Source: a virus (lineage: Duplodnaviria > Heunggongvirae > Uroviricota > Caudoviricetes). Taken from it: DNA of 64,000 bases. The notes under the pieces are model-generated. The model saw nothing but the letters and a program-made list of their open reading frames with translations. It was not told the DNA's origin and did not search any database. This document shows positions 55,929 to 64,000 of this stretch, piece after piece; position 1 is the stretch's first letter; the number at the start of each line of letters is the position of its first letter. The translations under genes were made by a program, and so were the position numbers. The stretch lies in the IMG/VR virus record IMGVR_UViG_2675903433_000022; one strand, 5' to 3'.

Positions 55929-56696
55929 TTATGCCGCGCTAACACTATGTTCAGTCCTAACCACCCCAACCTTCACAAAAGGGCTACCGTAGCTTGGTGG
56001 CTTCTTGATTAATTTGCCTACATACAGTTTTCTAATATGCTCATCGGCTATTCTGCCAACAAATTCATAACGTTTTGTGTCGGGGCCAAGAGCTATATCC
56101 CTTGTAAAGTACTGCTGAGAACCGGCTTTGACCCAGCATTCAATCCGATAAACTTCCATTATCAGCCCACCATATGTAGCGTAGGCATATTTGAGATTCT
56201 CGTCTCTTGGAACCTTTGCCCATACGCCACGCGTAGCTTCATATAATGCCAGAGCGGACATTCCTGACTTGTAGGTGCTGTTTAGCAGGAAGGCAAGACC
56301 GGCGTGCTCAGGAGCAATTTCAGTTTCCTCTTGCAGCACTAAGTGATGGTAGGCGTCCAGTGATATTCTGCCCATCATGGAACCACTTCCTCGTACCTTA
56401 TTCGTAAGCTCTCCGACCCCCATAAGGTCGATGCATGTCGCCTCAACAAGTTTGGCTGTGGTTTCATCCATACCATGACGAAGTATATCTATGCCTAATT
56501 TTTTATTAGCCAAAAGTTCTTTGATCCGCATGGATTTGGGAGAGTCATCGGGATACTTGATGTGATCGAGACAACGAGTCGATTTGCCTTTTCCTATGTA
56601 AAACGGTCTTTTCATCTTGTCTTCTGTATCATAGAGACAGTAAACATAGTATTTAGCCTTATCCAATGATCTCGCGTATACCGATAAATCGTCCAT
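55929..56696 (-). CDS. GIY-YIG nuclease-domain protein
   Basis: N-terminal YVYCLYD...PFYIGKGKSTRCLDHIK matches the GIY-(10-11)-YIG pattern; lone minus-strand gene. Confidence 0.65.
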   Translation of the reverse strand: MDDLSVYARSLDKAKYYVYCLYDTEDKMKRPFYIGKGKSTRCLDHIKYPDDSPKSMRIKELLANKKLGIDILRHGMDETTAKLVEATCIDLMGVGELTNKVRGSGSMMGRISLDAYHHLVLQEETEIAPEHAGLAFLLNSTYKSGMSALALYEATRGVWAKVPRDENLKYAYATYGGLIMEVYRIECWVKAGSQQYFTRDIALGPDTKRYEFVGRIADEHIRKLYVGKLIKKPPSYGSPFVKVGVVRTEHSVSAA

Positions 56697-56807
56697 TATT
56701 GCATCTCTTAGCTACTGACTAATGCGTTCTATTTTACACATAAGTTTTTAATCAATTTAACAGGCTCAAAGTGTAGAGCTTCTGGGCGTCTAAGACGACA
56801 AGTTATG

Positions 56808-56866
56808 CCTGCTTCCGTATATATAAATAATAAGTAACTTATTAAATATATACAGAAGCAGGTCTT
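56808..56866. repeat. ~56-bp imperfect palindrome, copy 2
   Basis: Core tatatataaataataagtaacttattaaatatatac identical to copy 1; stems reverse-complemented. Confidence 0.6.
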
Positions 56867-56945
56867 TTAAAAGACACCACCAGAACAACTCCCTTCCGTT
56901 TCCACTTCCAAAAACTGCCACCAGTCGCTATCATCCGCTCATTGT

Positions 56946-56967
56946 GATAAGTAAGTAACTACCTACC
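56946..56967. promoter_or_regulatory. GATAAGTAAGTAACTACCTACC, late-type motif copy
   Basis: Immediately upstream of the 56979 gene. Confidence 0.4.
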
Positions 56968-56978
56968 AGGTGAGCCAC

Positions 56979-57719
56979 ATGAGCCAAATCTTTTTCGATA
57001 CCATCGACAACGACCAGTACGACTTCATGACAGAGTGGAATACCGCTGTTATGGACAAGTGGGTCGCTGAAAACATTGGTTTGTCGCGCTGTAAAGACGA
57101 GGCTGAACTCTTCGAGACGAAGTGGTTTGATTATCGCGACATGCATCCTCTCATGGCCACCTGTCTTTTTACGGAGGCATACAAACGTCAGTACTCAAAT
57201 ATCATGCTGACGCACGGTCGCGAACACTTTGAAACAGCTCCGTTCACCACCGGGTTAAAACGCCTGCCTTATCAGGAGTTGTCGACTGCCAATAAAACGT
57301 CGCTATGGAAAGCACGCCAGTTTGCTGACCGCTATTGCTGCTCATACGACTACTTTATCTCCACCGTTCTTTCCGCAGCTGCACGACGACTGTGGGACAA
57401 GCTGCCGCGTCCGCAGCATTTGTGGCAGCCAGAACTGATTGAGATATTCGAAGATAAATTAGCCAGACGCGCAACAACCCGTCTGGATGACTCTCTGGTT
57501 AGCTTTAAGCATATGGGAGACATGCAGTTCAACCCGATTCAGGAAAGCTATTTTGAGTGGATTCTTGAGCGTTTACGCGCCATCCCCCGCAGCAAGCGCA
57601 TACGCGCAATTTTCTCCGCTATCTGGCTAATGGAAATCGTTCCAGAGCGCCTTATTTCCGCCCACTTTCCAGAAGAACTGGAAGAAGCACGGCGGTTTAT
57701 TGATCCCCTATCTAATTAA
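56979..57719 (+). CDS. Hypothetical replication-module protein
   Basis: ATG with AGGTGA RBS; upstream of the helicase gene. Confidence 0.55.
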   Translation: MSQIFFDTIDNDQYDFMTEWNTAVMDKWVAENIGLSRCKDEAELFETKWFDYRDMHPLMATCLFTEAYKRQYSNIMLTHGREHFETAPFTTGLKRLPYQELSTANKTSLWKARQFADRYCCSYDYFISTVLSAAARRLWDKLPRPQHLWQPELIEIFEDKLARRATTRLDDSLVSFKHMGDMQFNPIQESYFEWILERLRAIPRSKRIRAIFSAIWLMEIVPERLISAHFPEELEEARRFIDPLSN

Positions 57720-57730
57720 CTAATACTAGA

Positions 57731-57743
57731 AAACAATTTGTTT
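57731..57743. promoter_or_regulatory. AAACAAtTTGTTT palindrome upstream of helicase gene
   Basis: Perfect copy 20 nt before the ATG. Confidence 0.45.
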
Positions 57744-57762
57744 AAAAAACAAAGGAAAGCAC

Positions 57763-59103
57763 ATGACCGAACTTTGCCATACAGGACGCGGGCTGTCCGA
57801 AGAGTTTGATGAAGATTTCCAGAACAGACTGACGGCATATTTTTGTCGTGATCACGAGTTTCTTACTCGTGCGGGAGATCTGGTTGTGCCTAGCCAATTT
57901 GCCAATGCGGCCAATGCCATATTGGTTAATATGGTTTCGGGCTATTACCGTATGTACAAGAGCGCGCCCTCTTCATCTGCAATTCTGGATATGCTTAAGC
58001 GTGCGAAACGCGATAAGACTATCCGTGAGGAACTATTCGCCGATGTTGTTGCTGCGTTTAAGCGCATCCTTGCAGAAAAATTGTCCGATACCTCGTACAT
58101 GGTTGACCAGGTATCAACCTTCGCAAAAAGCGTAGCGTTTGATGATGCTCTGATTAAGGCTGCTGAACTGAAAGAGAAAGGCGACTTTCAGGGGGCGATG
58201 GCAATCATGGCCAAGGTTCAGCAGATTGGATCGAACGAAGCGACCGGAATCTATGACTACTACACCTCCGCAAGTGAGCGATTGAAAGCGCGTGAATATG
58301 AGGCTTCAGAGGAGTATGTGCCAAACAGCATTACAACTGGACTCCCTCTGCTCGATAGGTTGCTGTACCAAAAAGGCTGGGCGAAGCGTGAAATGGTGCT
58401 CTTCATGGGGTTCGCTAAATCCGGTAAATCGACCGCAATGGGTGAATTTTCCATAAACGCAACGCTTGCTGGCTACAATGTTCTGTATCTCTCGCTGGAG
58501 GTTCACACCACCATTTTATCCGACCGTTTTGATGCAAGATTGTCGGAGACAGAAATGTCCAAGCTGGTGGAACGGCGCGATGAGGTTCATCGTAAGTTGG
58601 CAGAGTTGGGAGCCACGAAGGGGATTGGTAGTTTGTGGGTGGTTGAGCGTCCGTCAGGAAGTATGTCACCGGCAGATCTGGACCGTATGCTTAACAGCAT
58701 GAAAGCCAACGGCATGGTGCCTGACATGGTTGTTGTCGACTACGCAGATTTGATGCGTGCCAGTTATGACCTTCGTGATGATCGCGCCAACATTCGTAGT
58801 ATCTACACCGATTTGCGCGCTCTTTATGACAAGCATAACGTTGCTGGTATCACGGCATCGCAGACAAACCGTGAAGGTGGCGCGTCAGAAGTTGCCACAA
58901 TGATGCACGCTGCCGACAACATCGAAAAAGTACGTATTGCTGACCTGGTAATAACGATCAACAAAACCGAAGAAGAAGAAGCGAAAGGAGAGGCTCGTCT
59001 CTACTTTGCTGGTTCACGTAACCAGCAGGGAGGGATCAGCATTCGCGTTAAACAAAACCTCGAACAAATGCGCTTCATTGAGCGAATCTTAGACGTTACC
59101 TAA
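57763..59103 (+). CDS. DnaB-like replicative helicase (RecA-fold)
   Basis: Walker A GFAKSGKST and DnaB C-terminal-domain-like motifs; adjacent to the primase gene. Confidence 0.7.
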   Translation: MTELCHTGRGLSEEFDEDFQNRLTAYFCRDHEFLTRAGDLVVPSQFANAANAILVNMVSGYYRMYKSAPSSSAILDMLKRAKRDKTIREELFADVVAAFKRILAEKLSDTSYMVDQVSTFAKSVAFDDALIKAAELKEKGDFQGAMAIMAKVQQIGSNEATGIYDYYTSASERLKAREYEASEEYVPNSITTGLPLLDRLLYQKGWAKREMVLFMGFAKSGKSTAMGEFSINATLAGYNVLYLSLEVHTTILSDRFDARLSETEMSKLVERRDEVHRKLAELGATKGIGSLWVVERPSGSMSPADLDRMLNSMKANGMVPDMVVVDYADLMRASYDLRDDRANIRSIYTDLRALYDKHNVAGITASQTNREGGASEVATMMHAADNIEKVRIADLVITINKTEEEEAKGEARLYFAGSRNQQGGISIRVKQNLEQMRFIERILDVT

Positions 59104-59184
59104 AAAATAAGCGTGGAGAACACCTCCACGCTTGATTCATTGGTGAAACAACTTTTCTTTTGCCAAACCACAAAAGAAAAACAC

Positions 59185-60366
59185 ATGAGCCTTTATGTTA
59201 TATCAACATTTAGGTTGGTCACAATATTGCCTGTTAAAAGTGGAATTATCGTGAGCGAGCTGAAAGAGCTAATTACCGAATTAGATTTTGAACAATGGTT
59301 GGACACTGAAGGTATCGTTTATCGACGTGGAGGCGTGAGTGCTCGCGGTCGTGAAGTGAATATCAAGGAGTGTCCGGTATGCGGCAGCTCCAACTGGAAG
59401 GTATATTTCAATCTGACCAGTGGTGTCGGCAAATGCTTCGCTGGTGATCATCCCGAAGAGATTCAGTTTAATAAGCTGGTCTTCCTCAAGCACTACAGCG
59501 GTAAATCACGACGACAGTTCGAGGAATATGTGCAGAACGCTCTTCTTTCCCAGGGGTGGGCACCAAAGAAAGAAGAGATAGTGCTTGCAAGCACAGTCGA
59601 GTTAGAGGGACCACTTGCACTCCCTCGTCATTACGAACTTCCTATAGATGGCCGTCTTCCAGACTATCTGGTTGAACGAAACATATCGCCTGAAATGGCA
59701 AAGTATTTTGACCTACGATACTGCGTCGAAGGCAAGCACGCTTATGTAGATCCGTATACAGATCAGGTTAAAGGACAGATATTCGATATGCGAATACTGA
59801 TACCGGTTTACGATCTGGATGGGGTAATGAAGACATTTCAGGGACGAGACATTACCGGTACAGCAGAACGCCGCTACCTCTTTCCTATGCAGCTTCCAGC
59901 TTCAGGTAAGTTTCTCTACAACGGCCATAATGCGGTCGGCAAACAGACTGTAGTTGTCTGTGAGGGGGCATTCGATGTTATGGGGGTTAAACGAGCTATT
60001 TTTGATGAAGAAACATTACGTGATTACGTGGAACCAATAGGAACGTTCGGGATGCATCTATCTGGTAACACCACTCAGGATGCAGAAGATCAGTTAGGCG
60101 CGTTCCTGACGCTCAAGGCGCGTGGGTTACGTAATGTGATCATGATGTGGGATAGTGAAAAGCAAGCTATACGCAACACTATGGCCGCAGCCAGGCGACT
60201 GACCAGTATCGGTCTTAATGTCAAAGTGGCGTGTTTGGGCGAGGAAGGACTCGACCCGGGCGATGCAACGCCAGAGCAAATCATCAAAGCCTATTATCGG
60301 GCAAAACCGTATACCAAGCAGTTGGAGTTACAAAGCAAGGTTTTGGGCATTAAGGCTCTATCATAA
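59185..60366 (+). CDS. DNA primase (zinc-ribbon plus TOPRIM)
   Basis: CPVCGSSNW...CFAGDH zinc ribbon; VVVCEGAFDVMG TOPRIM; start uncertain (ATG 59185 or GTG 59251); track start 59113 lies in a hairpin. Confidence 0.7.
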   Translation: MSLYVISTFRLVTILPVKSGIIVSELKELITELDFEQWLDTEGIVYRRGGVSARGREVNIKECPVCGSSNWKVYFNLTSGVGKCFAGDHPEEIQFNKLVFLKHYSGKSRRQFEEYVQNALLSQGWAPKKEEIVLASTVELEGPLALPRHYELPIDGRLPDYLVERNISPEMAKYFDLRYCVEGKHAYVDPYTDQVKGQIFDMRILIPVYDLDGVMKTFQGRDITGTAERRYLFPMQLPASGKFLYNGHNAVGKQTVVVCEGAFDVMGVKRAIFDEETLRDYVEPIGTFGMHLSGNTTQDAEDQLGAFLTLKARGLRNVIMMWDSEKQAIRNTMAAARRLTSIGLNVKVACLGEEGLDPGDATPEQIIKAYYRAKPYTKQLELQSKVLGIKALS

Positions 60367-60379
60367 CAATCACCTTTAA

Positions 60380-60401
60380 AATAAGTAGATGATTACTTAT
60401 C
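60380..60401. promoter_or_regulatory. AATAAGTAGATGATTACTTATC, late-type motif copy
   Basis: Intergenic after the primase gene. Confidence 0.4.
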
Positions 60402-60441
60402 TTTCTGTGAGAATACTTTCATCTGTTAGCTAGGAGTTGGT

Positions 60442-61224
60442 ATGAAAGACGAAATTCAGAAATTAGCCTGCGACATCATTGATAAAACTGGTTTAGAAAT
60501 CAGCGAGAGCAATCGGCTAGACATCATTGAAAAAGCCGTAAAAACAGCAATGGATCATATCGCCACTCGTTTGGTCGAGATCCCGCTACCGGGGCTACCT
60601 TATCTGAAGGTTAAGTTACACGTATGGGGTGAACCTTCTTGTGCACGGCGTTCTGCATTAGTTGTTTTTATTAGCAAAGAAAACCCGATCAGTCTTAAAG
60701 TGCAGGTTGGGGCATGGATGGATGGCAAAGTGATCTACACAAATACCGTTTTTTGTGCGTCAAATGACAGTATTATTGAAGAGGCTATTCAAGAATCACT
60801 TCTAACTATGCATAGCTTAGTTTTGCTGGAAGACAAGCAAAACTACGAAGAGTACTTACGGTCGATAAAAGGTGAGAGAACATTGTCACTTAAAGCCGAT
60901 TTCGTTACCCCGACAAACCTGTTGGAAGTCTTGCTTAATAAAGGGGCTAATGATGCCGTAAATGTAATCAGAGAGAGTGAGTATGCGTCTCTTTGCGACA
61001 TGTGCAAAAGCCAGTTGGATCTGGTGCATATCGTTATTGATGCTGGGAAGGCATGTGATGGCGTAATGGCGGAATTTGCTGGGAAGATGGTCAGGATTGC
61101 TAACGAATTACCGATGATAGAGCAAGAGGCTAAATCATACGCCACCAATCATGTCACAGAGCTTCTTGTCCCCTATCGCTTAGAAAGCAATCAGCGCAAG
61201 ATGATTAGCTGGGGAAGTTGGTAA
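60442..61224 (+). CDS. Hypothetical protein
   Basis: 260 aa; TAGGAG RBS. Confidence 0.55.
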   Translation: MKDEIQKLACDIIDKTGLEISESNRLDIIEKAVKTAMDHIATRLVEIPLPGLPYLKVKLHVWGEPSCARRSALVVFISKENPISLKVQVGAWMDGKVIYTNTVFCASNDSIIEEAIQESLLTMHSLVLLEDKQNYEEYLRSIKGERTLSLKADFVTPTNLLEVLLNKGANDAVNVIRESEYASLCDMCKSQLDLVHIVIDAGKACDGVMAEFAGKMVRIANELPMIEQEAKSYATNHVTELLVPYRLESNQRKMISWGSW

Positions 61225-61281
61225 TCTCTCCGCGCGTCGTTTTTTTTACGCAAACAATGATAGGTAAGTACAAGATTATTT

Positions 61282-61764
61282 ATGGCGATAGTTGTGAAAG
61301 CTGATTTGTCAAAAATCCCCTCTATTTCAGGAAATAATGGTTATTCACTTCGTTGTGAGGAAGTAAAGATAAACGGTGAGTCGGCATATTGCAGTTACTC
61401 CGTTTGCCAGCACACCATTCTTGCCTTCAAAGAAAGCCGTCTTCCTCGAACTTCTTTCCAGTCGTGCGCAACCGCTATTAAAGCAGGCAAATGCAAGGCG
61501 TTAAAAATGATGGTTGAAGAGATTCGTAAAGGAGAATCTCTGTATTTCGAAGATATGACCGCACTCATTAAGGAGGTTGAAGAACGGAATAAACAAGCCA
61601 GAACTATAAAACGAAAACGTGACAGTGTAACGATTAATAGCATGGTTAAGAAGAGCGCCACATCACAAACAGCGATCACTGACGTGTATGCGGCGTTGCT
61701 TGAAGAAACAACAAAAGAAACACATGAGCAAATCGATCAACATATGGAGGCAAAACAACAATGA
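61282..61764 (+). CDS. Hypothetical protein
   Basis: 160 aa; ATGA-coupled to the ligase gene. Confidence 0.5.
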   Translation: MAIVVKADLSKIPSISGNNGYSLRCEEVKINGESAYCSYSVCQHTILAFKESRLPRTSFQSCATAIKAGKCKALKMMVEEIRKGESLYFEDMTALIKEVEERNKQARTIKRKRDSVTINSMVKKSATSQTAITDVYAALLEETTKETHEQIDQHMEAKQQ

Positions 61765-63083
61765 AAAAGTTGATCGCACTTAAGCATAAGCTGGACGAAA
61801 TGAAAGCTATGGGAACCAATGCAAAAAAAGAGGCATTGGCCAACATGGATGACTTTGAACAAAGCATGGTTTCATTGATGCTCAACCCTTTCATCCGTTT
61901 TGGGGTAAAGAAATACAAAGTGGCAGAGCCGCTTAGTGAGTCCGTCCTAAGTGACGAAAAAGCCATTGATGTACTGAATAAGCTGGCCTCTCGCGAGCTG
62001 ACGGGGAGCGCAGCAATAGTTGCTGTTGAGTCTATCGTGGCGTCAATGTGCGCCGATGGGCAGGACGTCTTCCGTCGTTTCCTCTTAAAAGATCCGAAAG
62101 CTGGCGTTGGGATTAGCCTATGTAACAAGGTTTTTGAAAATCCCATTCCGAAATTCGAGGTGCAGCTGGCGTCACCGTATAAAGAAAAAGGCGACAAATA
62201 CCCCTTCAAGCCAAATCCTAAAGCCAAATGGCCGATGATTGGCAGCCTTAAGCTCGATGGTTTGCGAGTAATTTGTGAGGTTATTGTTGACGAGGAAGAG
62301 GTTAACTTCCTTTCTCGTACTGGTAATCCAATCACGTCTCTCGATCACCTAAAGCCAGCCATGCTCGAATTAGGCAAACTTTCAGGCCACAAACACATCT
62401 TCTTCGATGGTGAAGGAACAGCCGGTTCATTTAACCAGTCCATATCTGCATTGCGCAAAAAGAACGTGCAGGCAATTGGCGCTATTTATCATGTTTTCGA
62501 CTTCTTCCTACCGGAATGGCGAGCACAGGCTAAATCCAAAGAGTATGCAAAGACAGGTATGAAGCTGAAAGAGCGCCTGGCTATGCTGGTGGCGTTGTTC
62601 AAAAACGATCGCAGTGAAGGCTACACACAAGACATTCACCTGCATCCGTTCTATATCATCCATAGCCACGAAGACTTCATCGAACGCTTCATGAAACGCC
62701 TGGACGATAACGAAGAAGGGGAGATGGGCAAAGATCCGAACTCTGTTTACGAGTTTAAACGTACCCGCAGCTGGTGGAAGTTAAAAGACGAAGATTCAGA
62801 AGATGGTGAAATTATCGACTTTGAGCCGGGCGACCCGGACTCTGGTTTTGCCAACACACTTGGAAAAATTGTTATTCGTCTTGAAAACGGCGTCATCGTT
62901 CGTGCGAGCGGCATTAAGCATAAATATCTGGACGAGATCTGGAACAACAAAGAGAAGTACCGTGGTCGTATTGTCGAGGTTCATTGTCACGAGAAAACAC
63001 CGGACGGCAGCTTACGCCACCCACGACTGAAATGGCCGCGTTGCTTACGCGATACAGAAGATCGAATCGGAGATAAAGAATGA
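61761..63083 (+). CDS. ATP-dependent DNA ligase
   Basis: Motif I KLDGLR, motif III FFDGEG, C-terminal DPNSVYEFKRTRSWWKLK resembling T7-type ligase motifs. Confidence 0.85.
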   Translation: MKKLIALKHKLDEMKAMGTNAKKEALANMDDFEQSMVSLMLNPFIRFGVKKYKVAEPLSESVLSDEKAIDVLNKLASRELTGSAAIVAVESIVASMCADGQDVFRRFLLKDPKAGVGISLCNKVFENPIPKFEVQLASPYKEKGDKYPFKPNPKAKWPMIGSLKLDGLRVICEVIVDEEEVNFLSRTGNPITSLDHLKPAMLELGKLSGHKHIFFDGEGTAGSFNQSISALRKKNVQAIGAIYHVFDFFLPEWRAQAKSKEYAKTGMKLKERLAMLVALFKNDRSEGYTQDIHLHPFYIIHSHEDFIERFMKRLDDNEEGEMGKDPNSVYEFKRTRSWWKLKDEDSEDGEIIDFEPGDPDSGFANTLGKIVIRLENGVIVRASGIKHKYLDEIWNNKEKYRGRIVEVHCHEKTPDGSLRHPRLKWPRCLRDTEDRIGDKE

Positions 63084-63259
63084 TGCTCGGCTGGATGATT
63101 GCATTTTTAGCGGTTGGTTTTTTAATCGGTATTGTGGTGATGTCCAGTTGCATCAATGACTACATTAAAAGCGGTGTTATAGAACGACGCGGTCGTATTT
63201 ATCGCATTGTAGAAATAACCCACACAGTGAAGGAGATTAAGGATGATCGTATTAAGTAA
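63080..63259 (+). CDS. Small membrane protein (59 aa)
   Basis: ATG overlapping the ligase stop; hydrophobic MIAFLAVGFLIGIVVM; paralogous to the 63455 ORF; translated by hand. Confidence 0.3.
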   Translation: MMLGWMIAFLAVGFLIGIVVMSSCINDYIKSGVIERRGRIYRIVEITHTVKEIKDDRIK

Positions 63260-63458
63260 GCGGGAGAAGGAAACGCTTCATGAAATCAGTAAGTGGCCGG
63301 AGTTCCCTGAGTACTGGAAGCCTAAAACGCGAGCTAAGTTAGAGCGTTTAGGGTTGGTTGCAAACGTTTCTGAAACGAAGTGTTCGGCCAACTACCAGTT
63401 AACTGATAAAGGGAAAGTATTGCTACAGCAATTAGTAGAATCAGGAGTGTTAAAATGA
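63243..63458 (+). CDS. Hypothetical protein
   Basis: 71 aa; AGGAG RBS 7 nt upstream. Confidence 0.5.
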   Translation: MIVLSKREKETLHEISKWPEFPEYWKPKTRAKLERLGLVANVSETKCSANYQLTDKGKVLLQQLVESGVLK

Positions 63459-63607
63459 TTCCATACATCTCATTAGCTTTTATGGGTGGCTTCCTTATTG
63501 GCTTCGGCATCTGTCGTGATTTAATTAAGCAGGAACTTAAAACCAAAACACTGTGCATCGGAAAGCGTGTGTATCGGGTAGTTCATGAAACAAAGGTTAG
63601 AAAATGA
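63455..63607 (+). CDS. Small membrane protein (50 aa)
   Basis: AGGAG RBS; hydrophobic LAFMGGFLIGFGIC; ATGA coupling on both sides. Confidence 0.3.
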   Translation: MIPYISLAFMGGFLIGFGICRDLIKQELKTKTLCIGKRVYRVVHETKVRK

Positions 63608-63894
63608 TCAATTTAACTTCTTGGAACTGGTGGTTGGCCACCTATTTCTTAGCGGCCGGAGTCGCATTCGCCTTTTACGTAGGTCAGTTAGTCGTAAAAC
63701 TGTTGCTGATTAAATTTGCTAGTCATAAACGTATCGATGATGGTCTGTGGCGTCTTGGCACCTTGGTGGAAACTCGCTACGGGCAACTTAAGGAGAACGA
63801 AACCATTACTATCCAAGCGAAACGATTCACTGCCACCATCACAAGAACACCTAGTCGTAGAGTGGCCTTGATCAAAAAAGTTACAACCGAATAA
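63604..63894 (+). CDS. Membrane protein
   Basis: 96 aa, N-terminal TM WWLATYFLAAGVAFAFYV. Confidence 0.5.
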   Translation: MINLTSWNWWLATYFLAAGVAFAFYVGQLVVKLLLIKFASHKRIDDGLWRLGTLVETRYGQLKENETITIQAKRFTATITRTPSRRVALIKKVTTE

Positions 63895-64000
63895 AAATAC
63901 AATGATAAGTATTTACTTACTTATCATTTATGTATAAGATGACTTTGTTTTCGTTGAGACGCGACTGTTTGAACTTAAATACAAGTGCAAACGAAGAAGT

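Noticed and set aside
59113-59184. Track start (GTG 59113) for the primase ORF
   Set aside because: This start lies inside the hairpin gcgtggagaacacctccacgc directly after the helicase stop; a later start (ATG 59185 or GTG 59251) is more plausible.
283-59189. Shared 15-nt start context agaaaaacacATGag at 283-302 and 59173-59189
   Set aside because: Only two copies and short; may be coincidence, so it is not reported as a repeat family.
1-64000. Integrase, attachment sites, tRNA genes, insertion sequences
   Set aside because: No tyrosine or serine recombinase motifs, tRNA-like T-arm/acceptor signatures or transposase ORFs were recognisable by eye; prophage boundaries therefore cannot be called from this window.

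Overview
The window reads as one tailed-phage genome segment (siphovirus-type, lambda-like tail) from an enterobacterial background, with a 3.3 kb block of host housekeeping genes (apbC/mrp and metG) sitting inside it. Left to right: an early operon of small, translationally coupled genes (1-5.4 kb); a LexA-box-controlled UmuD'-like gene; apbC-metG (7.1-10.4 kb); more early genes plus ORF-poor DNA with two families of tandem direct repeats and an ~800 bp CA-rich stretch (10.4-15.6 kb); an AT-rich island (15.7-17.3 kb); a minus-strand operon of an SF2 helicase plus envelope proteins; a coupled ParB-like/ParB-like/ABC-ATPase/GNAT-like operon; the complete packaging, head and tail module (23.9-51.6 kb); a lysis cassette with overlapping spanins; a ParA/ParG-type partition module; a GIY-YIG nuclease gene; and a replication module (DnaB-like helicase, primase, ATP-dependent ligase). 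No integrase, DNA polymerase, tRNA or CRISPR array was recognised, so the element probably extends beyond both ends. Two recurring intergenic motifs (AAACAAnTTGTTT and ATAAGTAAGTA..TACTTAC) look like element-specific regulatory signals. All functional calls rest on motif recognition by eye; no database search was possible.
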